DNA from: Raillietiella orientalis
Taxonomy: Eukaryota
Direction: 5' to 3'
DNA: 64,000 bases
NCBI GenBank assembly: GCA_036172245.1
Contig: JAYWIR010000031.1
Location: forward strand, 682,001 to 746,000
A program made the position numbers and the translations under genes. The stretch's first letter is position 1. Every line of letters begins with the position of its first letter. This document shows, in pieces, positions 1 to 13,587 of this stretch. The notes below the pieces were generated by a model that had not been told where the DNA came from, searched no databases, and worked only from the letters and a program-made list of their open reading frames with translations.

Positions 1-1699
1 GAGATGTCCGAACACAACAAGCAGCAGATTGAGTGAGAGTAAGGGTGAGAGAATTGTAAGTTTTCAGACCCAAAGGAACGAGAAAGAGCTGTAAATAAGT
101 CGGCACAGAAAAACAAGAAAATGCTTCCTTCTGGAAAAGCTATGGAGCCATCAGAGTCAGCGGCCACTGTAGGAATGATCATTTGAAAGGATCCCAGCCC
201 AAGTGGGCCACACTTACAATGACACAGCTCAGTTCGTGTTCAAGCACGAAGTCGTCAGAGAGGCACATCACCTCAGGTCGTTGCCTGAGGTGACGCACGT
301 GAATTTGGATTCTACAGATCTGTCAAAGCCAACCGCTCGAGCATGTAATAGAAAGTTCAGCATCTCACAAAACTCCAGTAGAGTACCTCTGCCTCGGCAT
401 TGCTATCAAGTAGAGAGGGGAGAAAAGCAGAACTAAACTTCAAAGGGAATATTGTTCCAGTTTTTCTTATTTATGGTGTTTTTCCTTCTTCAAAAATGTC
501 AGCGCGAAAGGAGGAAAAGCCATCACCCTCAAAAGGAACGCTTGCAGAAACTTCGTTACACAGTATTGGCATCCTGTTACTTTCCTTAATCTTCCTTACA
601 CGAAGAAAACAATCCCTAGGGATAAAATACTTCGGGCTGTAAATATTGTTTATTTTGATGAAAAGGGACTGATGTTAGGAAAGGCAGCGAAACTGACCAA
701 GATTTATGGAGAGAAGAAATGGGTTTCTGAGAAAGCCCACTTATGTTTCCCTAACTGTTTTCTAATCCTATAAAGTCTGTGAAGTGAAAGTTAAGAAACA
801 GAGAATTGTTTATGACATCAGATGGACCAATTCTGCAGGCGCAACTGCTTGACGTCTCATTGTGTAATTCGGCTGAAACAGAGGGTTTCACTTTTAGACT
901 CCGCGGACAAGCAAAGTAGACCTGGAAAATTCGAATCCATGTGCTAATTATGAAGCCGAGGAAGATGAAATCTTGTTTTAAAAATTTGCATTTCAAAGCA
1001 TCAATGTAACCGAAGGACATCTACAAAAAAAGGAATTATGCAGCACGAACCTGCGCTTAGACTTATTTATGTACTGAGCATCATGTTGCTGCTTCATCAG
1101 CCCTACTACCTTCCCACTGTTTCACGATGCAACATCTGAAATGCCGAGTCATCCCCGTCATTGATAGCCATGTGTCTTCCGCATCCAGCGCGGATCGCTG
1201 GCAGCGGATCCTACACCACCAGAAAGGTCAGGTGTGTTGTAAGCCGGAAGTGAATCCTCATTTGGGCCTGAAGCCATGGCAGCTTCTCGTTTTCGCTGCC
1301 CCTCGTGGGTTTAACACCAAGCAAACTTGGATCCATTTCGTCCTCGTTACGGGTTCAATTTATGGAGAGTACACTCTCGCTTTTCTCCATTTCCGTGTAT
1401 TCGATGAGTGAGTGTTTTGAATCCGAAATTTTTCGCTCTGCGATCATATGCACTTGGTCCACGTTGAAGAAGTCTCCCTGAATCCATCCCTGGACAAAAT
1501 TTTTTTTGAAATCGTGGCAGCACCTTGAGGCAGCCTCAAGGATCCCGCTTCCGGGATCATTATTCTGGAAGGGTTTCCGCGTAAAACTGGTGGAGCACCT
1601 ACAACTGTGCGTGTGATGGGAGCTCACAGCAAATAGGCGAGCCCCTGCCATATTATCAGTTCCTTTTCTTGGCTACTAATGAGATTGTTATCTTCGTAA

Positions 1700-2150
1700 C
1701 TATTGAATGGCTTTCTTTCCATTGTATTTTCCAAAGAAAAAGTAATCAGTACAGTCTTCTGAGAGAGAGATCGATTGCTGGGAAATGAAATTTGCTATAA
1801 CTCTGTTACTGAAGTCTTCTTCGCTTTTTTTTAAAAATAAACAGAACGCTAAGAAGCGTACAAGAATCCTTTGACATTTGTGCTTTTCGCAGCTTTGATT
1901 TCCTTTTGAATAGGTCAGCGCTGCTGGGATTTTAGGTTGAGGATAGCCGAGGAGGTGGAACATCTTGAGCTTCTTTGTTCGAGCACATCGGATAAATATG
2001 CCAGTTTAACCTTCGAGCTTTTTTAACCAGAAAAAAGAATTCTTAGACTGCTCCTGGTCTGCTTGCTTCTTAAAGAGGAAAAGCTGCTTCGCCTTGAGAT
2101 TCGAACGCATGGAACAGTACTTCTATAGGAAACCGAGATTTGTTAATTTC
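1700..2150 (-). mobile_element. hAT (Buster/ZBED5-type) transposase remnant
   Basis: Frameshifted minus-strand translation gives EVLFHAFESQGE...KVKLAYLSDV...ILNLKSQ, resembling the KVLxRxFEL...KLAYLSDIF...LNLxLQ block; many stops. Confidence 0.4.
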
Positions 2151-2599
2151 TACAAGAGTTTCAAGCATGAGTTCTTGTTAGAACACACAAACGATCACAA
2201 ACTTTACAGGACGATCTTTCTGTAAAAAATCAGCTGTTGTATCCAGTCGCAGATGTCCAATCACTAGCGCTCTGAATAACCCTATGGGAATTCGGTATTT
2301 TTCGATCTGTTCGATTATTTTCTTTCATTATTCTTCCAAAGTCACAGAATGGAAAACTATGGGAAGTTCGACGTATTCTCATCTTAACTTTGCAACAGAA
2401 AAGTGAAGTATGGTGGTTTCCCGGTTACGGAGTGGTTCCTAGGAACCACGAGTTACGTCACCTGCATTGCCTACCAAACTTCCCCCCTCAGGTTTCTTGA
2501 GAAGATTAGTACTGAACTTGAAGAGTCTGCTTAGACGCATCCGTCAACGTGGGGTGAATGGCAAATCCCCGAAACACCCATCCTTGAAACAAACATTTT

Positions 2600-3333
2600 A
2601 TTAATATCAGCTGTGAAGTTCGAATCTGAACACAAGCAATAAAAAACTGTTTTAAGCACTGGAGAGTCCAGACAAGAGCTGAAAACCCTGCATAGACACA
2701 GGAAGTGATGTGCCGTCTTCAGCATTGGTATGTACTTTTCTGGTACATGGCACATATCTTACTAGGAACAGATATTCGCAGCAGACTAGCCTCTGCTGCT
2801 GTACAAATGGTTTCCTTTGATCACATCATCTAGATTTTAGAAGAATTTTTTTAAAGCATATGGACGTATATATATGCTCCTGACAAATGTCTTTATCTTG
2901 TACACGCAGCATAAGTTAACACTATCCATGTTTGAGGTGGACACATACGCTTATTTTCTTATAATTCCCTTAGAAACGACAGTATACAAACTTCAATGTA
3001 TATCGGCTGACAGTTCTCGGTTTTTCATCTCTCTGAATGCCGAGAATAACATAATGTCCTAGTTGCGCCGTATATGAGCGATTTTATTGTACCACACCCA
3101 AACGAATTATTGGAATTATAGTTATAATTTTAAAATAAATAAAATATATTTGGGCAAAATGGAGACATTCTATGTAATGCGGTGTCAACAAACAATTATA
3201 ACAGTAACTTTCTGTAGCAGCACTTTCTGTAGTCAGTCGGTGCCTCGATGGAGCGCGCGAAGAAGCAGTCCGTCCAACTGCGACTGACGTCAACATGGAA
3301 CGTTTCAATCTGATGAGCTCCGCACCCAAAGGG
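2600..3333 (-). mobile_element. Degenerate, internally deleted piggyBac element
   Basis: Terminus ...AAAGGG followed by TTAA at 3334-3337 (TTAA-CCCTTT on minus). Minus-strand remnants YKKI.VHL..NMDSVNL..VYK and a Cys-rich tail HVPEK...CRVFS...KTVFYCLC. Confidence 0.55.
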
Positions 3334-3339
3334 TTAAAA

Positions 3340-3900
3340 AACCATCATGTCATCGAAAGTAAGATCATAGAATTGCATCAGTTCATTGGTTGCAGACAGG
3401 TTCCATTCTGTCTTACGCCTTCAATTCTATAGAAGTCTTTCAAAAGCTTTGAAGAACTGAAGGATGTCTTCGTATCTAAAGTATCTCACATGACGGAAAC
3501 CACGAAAACGACAACATCTACTCTGAAAACAACGACAACAGTTGCGGAGCAGTCAGCAGAGGTCCATGAAGTTGCGGCAACTCTTAGACTTTTTTGTAGT
3601 AAGGATTCTTTATCAATCCTCGGAACAGCCTCTCCACGACAAATGCAAACCAATTCATAACCTCTTCAGACAATGCACCTCTTAAGAATTTTGATTGCAA
3701 ACTAAAAAAAAAATCCTATGCGCCCCAAATGTGCTAAAAAATGTTTGAAGATTTTAGTCTTGTTCTTCTTTGCTCAGATGCCATTAAGTCTTGCTAAATG
3801 GATTGCTACAAACTACTTTGGCGACTTATTTTGGAATCGATGAAACATCCATGCAAAAAATTTGAGAACGCCGAAGCTTCTCTATTGGTCCAAGTCCGGG
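3340..3900 (+). mobile_element. Mutator-like/Kolobok-type transposase remnant (C-terminal half)
   Basis: SSEQPLHDKCKP (STDxxPxHxxCP), FEDFS..LLRC and DLFWNR motifs in colinear order with frameshifts. Confidence 0.35.
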
Positions 3901-5149
3901 AGTAGAAAGTTGTGATAAAAAATAGATTCGAAGATTAAGAAAAAAAAAATGGAAACCTGTACTCTAAAAGCTGCATCAATCCAAACAGTTATTCCTTGAA
4001 GTCGAGGCTGCACATAGGAAATCAAATTCTACGGAAATGAATTGGTGCACTGCTGAAAGTGCTTATGGAAATACTTCACATAGATCCTCAAACTCGTGAG
4101 ATATTTAGCATTGATGGGATGAACAAAGGGAGAGAATGAAACAGCTGAATGTAAATGACTTTGTTTTGCTCTTCTTCAAGTTATTTCGAGTTGAGCTCTG
4201 GCAAATGACTGGAATTCAAAGGGAACAAAAGTTGTATCGTCCTTTTGAAAGATGAACTGTCTTTCAATTCATAGCGAGCATTCAAAGAGAGCCTTAGGTG
4301 GGTGATTAGCGAACCTTTCTCCAATGATAACCAGTAATAAGAAATAATAGATCGGGTGGCAGCCACAGTTTCAGGCAAGAATACTTTTAGGAATGGAAGG
4401 AAGCAGCAAAATCTAGGAGGAATGCACTCTATCTAATGTATAACTGTTCTAGTTCTATTCTGAGGTGACCTATCCTCGATCGTCAAGCAAGAACGATGTT
4501 CTCTGCAAGCGAGAAAACGATGATTTCAGAATCACAGGCAAGCATCATCTTTCTGCTGATACTGATAGCAGACCGCATGATTTAAGGTTGTGAAAAAAAC
4601 GGGAAGAATGCATAAAAAAATAGCTCTCATTCTGTTCATTCTGTCATTCATCTACTCAAACTTTAAAATTGAATTGCATAATTATCACATAAAAATAACA
4701 AGCTTCCGTTGGATAGATTAATAAAAGCATTCATTTTTAAACTGAAAAAGGCATCCAGTCTTTCTACGGAATCACAACATAATTACTACTCCATACTCAC
4801 GCCGATTATGTTAAGAGGCTTCTGCGATGAGGATGCCATGTTTATCGCCATTGTGACCCTCGATCAGTATGATGCAAACGAAGAGTCCTGAAAGGATCAG
4901 AAGCCTTTCATCTGGAAGCAGGAAGAGAATCAAGCACTTACAACTTACTGTTGTCTTGTAACGGTTATTGCCAAGCCCACTGCTATACAGACGGTAATAG
5001 AGGGGAACTGCAATCAGATTCTTCTAAACGATACGGTTGCAGCTGGTGCAGGGAACTTTAATAGAGTTCTTGTAAAATCTTCTATTCTAGAAGCTACTAT
5101 GATTTTGTCTCAGTGGAGAAGGACTACATCTGTTTCTTTTGTTTTTCCG

Positions 5150-5980
5150 AAAAAATCTGTAAAGATCGAGTTGGCTTAGTGACGAAGTGCAGGAGGGATT
5201 CGGGGACAGACATGTGGTATATGAAGAAAATGCAGCAAGAGATCTCGAGATCGCATCAGCTATGAGATAACAGCAGTGCAAGAAGTTACACATCGTTCTT
5301 TTAAAACAGCAGTAACCGTGGAAATGGTTCGTACATGAGCACAAGTAATCAAGGCTGTTAAATTTACACAAGAAGCTTTAGTTGAACCCCGTCAGGAAGA
5401 AGTAGCTGCTGAGAGAGTGGAAAATCCATGGAGAAAAGATAGATATGAGGGACAGTTTCGTCTTTGGGGGAAATTCTGGATTCCAAAGAGTCCAAAGTCG
5501 GATTCCGGAAAAGATGGAAAGAGGAGAGGAATCACTGATTTATGATACCGGAATCAGGGAGTGGGGCAGAAAAGTGATCGAATGCAAAGCATCAAGTCGT
5601 GTTGGAAGGATTGCGTTTGTCTTTGTGCCCAGCCTGTGCCGTCGCCACACCACTGTGTGCTCGGGGGGAAAATTCTCAGTCGTCAGAGGAGCGAAGCACT
5701 GAAGAAAGCACGAAACGGCAAAAACGAGTCATACCAATGAGTCAAAATGCCGAAACCAAAATCCCACGGTCAAGTTCCAGGTTCGATTTAGTGGTGCTTA
5801 GGAGAATATCACCAGAGAATGACCACAAGTTATGGAACTCAAATTAAGAGAAATGAAACGAAAAGCTTGGTGCCTCTCAAGAACAGAAGGAATATCGGAG
5901 ACTGCGAGAGTGCTAGGAAGAATTGTGAGTGCAATTAAAATGACAATCCAGTGATATTGTAATAACCAAAGGGTTTGTAA
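5150..5980 (+). mobile_element. Mutator-like/Kolobok-type transposase remnant
   Basis: SYEI, LSLCPAC (LSKxCxxC) and MTTSYGTQIKRN (LTxYYGxAIRxN) motifs in the expected order. Confidence 0.35.
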
Positions 5981-6479
5981 AGAAAGAAAGAGAACCTTTC
6001 GCAATTTCCTTCTATGCTGAGATTGAAACATTCCTTACGTATCTTCAGATCGACAAGGAAGTCTAAAAGTCTAAAGCTCAGAAGTCTCGAATACTTGTTG
6101 GCTTCTATTATTTTGTTTGACTGGGAATCGGGGAAATACCGTGTTTGTCCTTTTGTCTATTCCAACTATTATTTGTTCAAAAGGATAGTGGTGATGTTTG
6201 CAGACAGCTGGAGACAAGACACGACTTCAGTGATTCTTCTAGCGGCAGTGCATCCTTCTGCTCTTTTAACTATGAATAACTCTTTCAATCTTTCGAAACT
6301 CCAGTCGGTCTTATTTCCCTGACCAGAACGAGGATTTCTTCCTTCGATTAGAAAAAGTTCTTCAGATTCTGATAACAGAATGTGATGCCCACGGGATCAA
6401 CAGAGCAGGGAGAGATGGTGTGAACTTATAAACTGTGGGTCCATGGGCACTTTGCTTCCGCGATAAGCCCTATTGGTGA

Positions 6480-6900
6480 AGCGAACCTCTATTGAATTTT
6501 CCATCGTGATTCCTGGTTCAATTTCAAGTTTGTAGAATCTTTTCCTTCTTCCTCATTTCTCCCTCCAATGCTGTTGCGAAACTTTATGCATCATTTCTAT
6601 TTCTCTTCTACTGATGCATCATCCGCAGTTGAGCCTGTTGTTCATTCTAGCTGGCCTCAGTTAGCCACAGGGCCAGCTTTGCTTCTCGTTAGATCTCTTT
6701 AGATTTGTAAAGCACCCAATTATGGATGAATACTACACTTCTGTCATGGAAAGGATATCTTTGCTAGTGAAGAAGCTTCATTAAAAATCATTTGCAGCTC
6801 TTTTAGCGGAGATTCACTTCACCATTATCCGCAGCTCTTCTTTGCAGCACACACTTCCATCATAGTGAATCTTAGAAAACCTTGGGGCAAAATCTGAAGC
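6480..6900 (-). mobile_element. Mutator-like/Kolobok-type transposase remnant (C-terminus)
   Basis: FCPK...WKCVLQRRAA (CPxG..SWCxxQRA) followed by KLEIEPG (LGIxPG). Confidence 0.4.
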
Positions 6901-8179
6901 TGAAATTCTACGTTTTGTTCTTTTTTTAATCGCTGACATCTCGCGACTCACATTTCCTCTCGATGTGGTTTTTTTCTCTTGCATCCATCTGTTAATAGGG
7001 AATCATCTTGAACTCCCAAATAATTGAAGGTTCATTCTTCAGATCTTAATTGGTACAAGTGCAGCTCTCACACTTTCAACGACTCGCCTTGAGTCGTTGT
7101 GCGTTTAGAAAGCCATCGCAAAATCCCAGCTAGAAGAGCTTTTCCGGTGCACTTCCATTCCGGCAAAGAAACGAAAGAGTGCTTCGACCGAATCACAAGA
7201 AAGCGCACTGCTTCACGTGTTCGTGCCTCTGATGAGTCATTACATAGGCTCTCTGGAATAATCTTGGAGTGCCACCAAGAGCCGACTGGTCGCAAGAATC
7301 ACCAGTGAATGCGAAGCACCTCAGACTACAAACATTCCACTTTCCATTAGCATGTCTTGGAGAACATGTTTCATGTTGTTCAGTTATCGCAGTTTCGAGG
7401 AGGAGATCCCAGTCATAAACCCAAAGATGATTCCAACATGCTACCTGAAGCTTCCAAAAGTGGCCATAAAGCAGTGATTTCAGCTATGAATTTTTTGGCC
7501 CCACAGCATGATCGTCCCACCACCAGCCAATTCCACTCATCTTTTAAATGTCGTGGATGGTTTTGGGTTACACCTTCGCTTCCTTACACCCTGCAGATGT
7601 TTTTCATTCAGAGGATAGCCAATTCGGAAGAAGATAAACATAAACTCACTTCATCCCTATCCAGTGATATATCAGAGAAAAATGTAAACAGCTTCTTAAA
7701 ATCTTCACTTGGCAATACAACTGCTGAAGATATGTTGAAGGAAGATCAGCTTTTTCAAAAACTGCAGATTTATGAAGAGCTATAGAGAATGGAATCTCTT
7801 CCATGAGTATTGGAATTCAATGTCCAGATGCGATTGAACCTTAGTCCCCCATGAGTTAATGCAGCTGACATCTCCTGATCCATGTCCAGTGCCAAATGCT
7901 GATTTCTGTCTTAAATCTACGGTTGTTTTAATTGCATCCTCCGACCAGTATCCTGTGCATATGAGTTCTTCAGTACCTTCTAGGAAATCGGTTCTGTAAC
8001 AAATCCAATTGTGTTGTGTAGTGATAAGCAATCAGTGCCTAAAATAAAAGGAGTAGTAAAAAAGGAATGGAAGAATCGAAAGCAGCAACAGCAGTTGTTT
8101 TTTTCCAGCCGTGGAAGCGGCACCAGCAGCATCCCTGCAGCTATCCAAGAGAGCTTTAGCGCAACTGCAGTCACAGTTG

Positions 8180-8299
8180 TAACTCTTGTAGACACCAGTT
8201 TCCTGATTTAGGTGCCAGCTCAAGGAGCAATTTGGGAAAATAAGTTCCTTCCATGATGCATAACAAACAAGGGGATCCAAAGTGCTCCAGAAATTGAGC
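8180..8299 (+). repeat. 120-bp direct repeat, copy 1 (copy 2 at 10085-10204)
   Basis: taactcttgtagacac...ccagaaattgagc occurs twice, about 90% identical without gaps. Confidence 0.9.
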
Positions 8300-8519
8300 A
8301 TGGCCAAAATCTTGCTTTGTATATGCAAGCAATGTTACAGCAGTACACCAGCAGTCCTGGAGTCAATCTGGCCCCTCAAATCTCCGGATATATGGCACCT
8401 TTATCCTCGAAAATGCCAAGAGGTTTCCGCAGCACCAGAGTTTCTTCTGGTTTTCCTATTTTCCTTCCATCCTCTTTTTGTGGTTCTCAAGGAGTGCTGA
8501 AAGAATCGTTTGCCTCCTC

Positions 8520-9362
8520 AGAGGGGGTTCTTTGATGCTGCCGACGCCACCCGAGGGTGTCTCGGAGCCTCCGTCATTCCCGCGGCCACGTGCATGAGAC
8601 AGGGGGAGCTCGCGGCGATCACCTGCGTGGCCCGGGAGACGGCAAGGAGGGACCTCATGAGTTGGAGATGGCACCCACTACCGCCCTCGAGTGCTCCCTC
8701 GATCTTCGAGGTCACCCGAGATTGCGTGCAACTCTTCGAGTTATAACTCTTCGACCACCCTATGAATCCAGGAAGGCTCCGGAGAAAGGAATCCGCTCCT
8801 CTCAGCTTGCCTCTCAGCTCTAAGGGAACCCTGAAAGTGGTGCTGTCTGCAGCGGGAACCCAGAAAGGATCCGCTCCTGGAATTTCTTCTCCGAAGAGAC
8901 CCCTCGGAAAGGATCCTCTGTTCCATCCTCTGAAGAGAATCCCGAAGGGGCGCTTCTCGTTTCCTCTGAAGAGCGCTTCCCGATGGGAACAGCGCCCTTC
9001 TTACACTCTTGAAGGGAAGCCACCGAAGAGGGTATCGACCAGCTTCACGCCACTCAGTAAAGAGTGTCCCTGAGGAGAGGAGACAGCTCCGTTTTCACCA
9101 TCGGACGGTAACCACGAAAGGTACCGTCTCCTCGATTCTTGGAAGAACTGCGGAGGGTCAACTTGCAATCCCACAAGACGGTCAACGGAGGCGTCCGGTT
9201 TTTCAGCTTCCACCAGTGCTGCCGCACCCGAATAGGCCAACCAGCGTCATCACTGCGTGGGAGGTTCGGAAACCACGACGTCTGGCGTCGATCCCCCACG
9301 TGGGGATATCGAACCCACAACGCTTGGTGCCACACGGGCGGATACCTCAGCCACACGGTCTC
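8520..9362 (-). mobile_element. 5' part of tRNA-headed Tx1-like retroelement
   Basis: Head with B-box-like GGGTTCGATATCC (~9304-9316), then the family 5' block (…QESRRR…GENG…LVDTL…) homologous to 43440-43958, 13850-14200, 38450-38935 and 63245-63545. Confidence 0.65.
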
Positions 9363-9449
9363 CAGTGACGGCGAGGATTTCTTCGTAGGATGGAATTTCT
9401 ACGATTCCGGTTCGCTGCAGATGAATGGTCTGCTTTCGTATTCCTGAAC

Positions 9450-9690
9450 TCAGCAACGGGGACCCACAAGTTTCGTGCCCAATCCCATGCGCGGTAGGTT
9501 ACTTTGGCAACACTGAGCCAGAAATTGCAAACCGTCCACGTGGAAGAATCGATAACTTTGCAGTCTGAATACAGTTTCCAGAATTGTCCGCAGTACATGG
9601 CAGTGCATGAAGTGGCGGAACTTGTGATTTTGTCGGGAAGTCATCCATCCATTGATAGGAGAGAAACAGCATTTCACGGTACATGATAAC
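9450..9690 (-). mobile_element. hAT (Ac/hobo-type) transposase remnant
   Basis: FSPINGWMTSRQNHKF..HCHV (xSxTxDxWTS) followed by WKL...TVCN...RAW (WxL...HTxxNI...EW). Confidence 0.45.
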
Positions 9691-10084
9691 CCCCGGCCAC
9701 CAGGAGACTCCTCCATAGTTTCATGAGGACATCGAGACGAAATTCAAGCAGATGGCAAAGTTTAGCTGGGAGATTTGACGATGCTTTCAGGCCGTTCGCT
9801 ATCTGGGGGAGGGGGGGAGACGTCGTCCCTGCGGGTTCCATTCGTCTCCGAATTGGAGGCGCACAAAGCGGCGGAGTTTTGAGCGGGGGCTCTTCCAGGT
9901 ACGTCTACGCGGAAGCAGCAGGAGATTCCAGCTCAAAAAAAAAACAAAAGAACAAAAGCGCCCTCTAGCTAATCGCATTAGGATGATTTTCTGGATCTCC
10001 GAAACCGTTCCTTTCTCCCAGTTAACTGTGAGCAGCGTAAATCACGGATATTTCCCAGACTCACAGCAGCAACTTCAGCCTTTC

Positions 10085-10204
10085 TAACTCTTGTAGACAC
10101 AAGTTTCCTGATTTAGGTGCCAGCTCAAGAACCAATTTCGGAAAATAAGTTCCCTATATGATGCATAACAAACAAGGAGATTCAAAGTGCTCCAGAAATT
10201 GAGC
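10085..10204 (+). repeat. 120-bp direct repeat, copy 2
   Basis: Matches 8180-8299. Confidence 0.9.
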
Positions 10205-11379
10205 TAGTGAATCACGGATTCCAGAATTTGGATGGTATTTAGCGTTGTTAGCGCTTGAGATTTCTCGGAAGGGAGGACGGGGGATCTAGCTTTCTCCTGA
10301 AAATCTTAACGGTGCTTGAGAACACCTTGCAACGAAGCCATAAACAAAGATCAAAAGTTGGCCTTCCCACCAGCGGGGCTGCAGAAAAAAACCGCGGAGA
10401 CGAAACATGCAAAAGCAGGAACAACCGTGCTCCGTTCTGCAGACTTCGGGATCGTTGCGAGTGTCTTCATATGGAAAATCCCGAGAGACAGTTCCAGCCG
10501 CATATCACAGCATCTTATGAATAGAACAGCTCAAGCAAAAGGGTGTTCAAACATGTAGGTTGGTTAGTAAGAACAGAAATTCCAAAAAAAAGGGGGTGAG
10601 GAAGGGAAGGAGAAGGAAATGAAGCATGGAACAGCCATTCATAAAAAAAAAAAAAAAAAGGACGCCTTCAAGGAAGAGTTATGAGTAGGCCAAGTTTTTC
10701 GAAGCAACGGACGCAAAACCATGCCGGTGTGGAACTTTGGAGTAGCGGAGGCCGTTGCGCATCCGAAATGGATTTTGTTGCTCCCAGTTTTCGCAGGAAA
10801 AAAGTCATCTTTAGGTTTATAGGAATCAACTTGATGGACCCCATCAACAACAGCGTCATCCACGATCAACCTATTTCTTCGAGCTTTGCCCACTCCTGAG
10901 TGCCGATCCTCTGATCTTCACCCTCGTAAAAGAGCAGTTAACCGAGGAAGAGACCTCCAAAGACATTTATTCTTCCAGACCTCGGCTTCGTCACTAATCC
11001 GATCGGGACATTTGTTCCTGTAAATAAAGCACAGTCGGGTTTTACCATCACCCTCATCTGGATTTCATGAGATGTAAAAGATTGTCGAGCCACAAATGAT
11101 CACTCTGGAATGAATCCACGGATCCACTATGATTGATGAGACTGCTTGATGGAACGTCTGATTTGCTTCGATTTCGCTTTATTTTATTTTATTCTTTTTG
11201 CCACGAGATGCACAATTGATGCGTTCCACTCATTGCTATGAGTTTTCGATGTCATCTCGCCTTTCGATCTTGGCTTCAGCACTCTTTCGAGGAAGATGAG
11301 GGGAAACTCCGCCTTCCTTATACCGCCACTGCAGTGCTACCCAGTGAAGAAGTGAATTTCGGCAGACGGTGGCAGCCTT

Positions 11380-12400
11380 GGCGTAGGGAAACGCATGCAC
11401 CTCCTGCCTCCCGCGAACTGGCTGCAGGAATCTGCTGGAGGTGCATGGAGAAGGTTCAACGGCACAAGCAAGACGGAGTTGGACTGTCTGCAGGCCGGCC
11501 AGGAACGCACGCCGGTCGCTGTGGGATCCTCAGTAACCCATGCAACATGCTCTGGGTTTTGTTCACCTCCATTGCCCCAGTTCTGTTGTCCTTCCTAATG
11601 GAAGCAGCTTTATCCCGGCGAGGTGGAAATTAACGTGCTGCATAGCAGCAAGGACTAAACCTCTGGGACATGGACAACTCGGGAGGTCACGAACGCTGCG
11701 ACCCCGAGTGTTCCACCCTAAGGACTTGCACTGGGGAGACCTGCTCGGCATCCCTCGGGAGGAGATGGAGTGTCCCTCAGCGAGCTGGAACAGTGGCACT
11801 CCTCTCCTCGAGTTCGCGTTGCTGGTGTTGCATGGGGAATCCCATGCAAAGCGTACCTTCACCACTGGACACGGGGGAGCGTGATCGCGGCAGGTGTTGG
11901 TAGAAGGAGACCTTCCTGCATCTGCTGTTGAACTGTGTTGCCTTCTGGCCCCATTGATATCGCCTCGCGGCGACCCTAGGAATTCCGGCGGGCGGCTCCA
12001 GGGACATCTGAAAACGTCTCTTCGTGCGTGACGCTCTGCCGAGCCTCCAGCCGCATCCCTAGCAGTTCTCTGATGCATCTGCAAATCATGACAGCCTGTA
12101 ACACAAAAAGAACAGACTGGAAGGGACGCCGCCTTCTTGAGGATCGCCAAGAGGTGGCCTACCTGGTCAACCTCCTGCAATCTCTCCAGCATCCTGAACA
12201 GGATGCAGAGGACGCCTGACACAGAACTGTGATTCCTTCCTGGACTTCTTCCTTCACCCCCACTCCACCACTTCCTCCCTGAGGAGAACCTTCCCGTCCT
12301 TTTTTCTGGTTTCGTTTTGTCTTCAGTTTTCTCTTCTCCCCCTATCCCTCCTACCAAAGTGGACCTCGCCAGTCTGCGTACCGGCATTCAACGGGCTCCA
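11380..12400 (+). mobile_element. L1/Tx1-like LINE 3' fragment (ORF2 C-terminal Cys domain and 3' UTR)
   Basis: LLVLHG.IP...RC..KETFLHLLLNC (degenerate CCHC-type motif), pyrimidine-rich tail; paralog at 54200-55292. Confidence 0.75.
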
Positions 12401-12759
12401 TGCGTTTCCTTTCTCGCACGTGCTAAAATCACGTGTTCTGCCACAGAAATGCCCTGGAAAACCTGCAGAAAAACCTTACATCAGCATTTGATGCTCAGAG
12501 CGCTGCTCTCCATTTCTTTTTCGGGAGCGTCGTGATTCCGACTTCACCTCTGCGTGGCCGAACAGCGACAACCAGAAGGACAGCACTACTTTATTAGATT
12601 TGCACTTGCATCTGGAACAGCTTCGCTCATGAGAAGAGCACGCATGCCTGCCAAGAAGACCATGTGCTCCATCTTGGTGGTTTGCAACGAGTTCATCAAC
12701 GACAAAGAGAAAGCGCGTGATTTCACCCTTTGATTGATTCATCAGAAATTACCGGTTGA

Positions 12760-13220
12760 AACTCTCCGCAGTATGAACAGACTTTCGCAACAGATTATAG
12801 ATTCACTACGGACCGTAGGTTCATTATGGATTAAAGATCCACAAATGCTTGGAAAAACTCAGCCAGTGACAGGCTGTCGGCGATCAGTACCACATGAAAT
12901 AAACGCGTTCCTGCATTTCCACATGTTCCATGGACAGAGAGGCATGTTCCGAGATACAGATCGAAATGCTTCAGCATCCACTGAACTGTGTGAACCACAT
13001 TGGCAGTTCCTAACGAGTATTCTCTTTGTCATGTTAAGAGGGAAAGACTGACCAACAGCAATTACGTTGAAATAAGACATCAGTCAGATCAGCAGAACTG
13101 GCAATTTTAGTGGGGAGAGAAGAAGTTGATATGATGAATAAGTTAAGATGAGGATGCAAAGATGCATGAAACTGCACTCTGAAATGCTGAGGGAACCAGG
13201 GAATAGAAAATGAAGACCAA
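12760..13220 (+). mobile_element. Mutator-like/Kolobok-type transposase remnant
   Basis: FRDTDRNA (DGDS-like), LNCVNH (ECxNH), RERLT, LAIL...VDMM; inverted paralog at 13588-13830. Confidence 0.4.
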
Positions 13221-13587
13221 TTCAAGATATTTTATTGAAGAACGGAAGTGTCCACAAATTTCTTTCGAAGAATTCCACACTTGGTAAGTAGGGAATTTTT
13301 ATACAGAAATCATTTTAGATAAATAAAAAAAAAAAACACTGAGTGGAATTGCATTCTGAATTCCTGAATATTTGCAAGTAGAATGCATACGAGGATTACA
13401 CAAGATTAGCCTCGTCATCAATAGCACAATCTTATGTACATGATTTTCGTACAAAAGTACACAACAGGTATTGCGGTATGCAAAGATGAAAGATCTGCTT
13501 TTCCTTACCCAAGGCATCGACACCAGCTTAAGAATGAGGAAGCAGTGAGGTTTTCAAACTGTTCTTGTGCAGAAACAATTCATCCTG

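Noticed and set aside
4709..4891. Possible Harbinger DDE fragment (NYYS...MLRGFCDEDAMF)
   Set aside because: Single weak motif without supporting downstream motifs.
7350..8500. Decayed host-gene-like reading frames
   Set aside because: Low complexity, many stops, no recognisable domain.
11563..12387. 274-aa minus-strand ORF
   Set aside because: Antisense shadow of a GC-rich LINE fragment.
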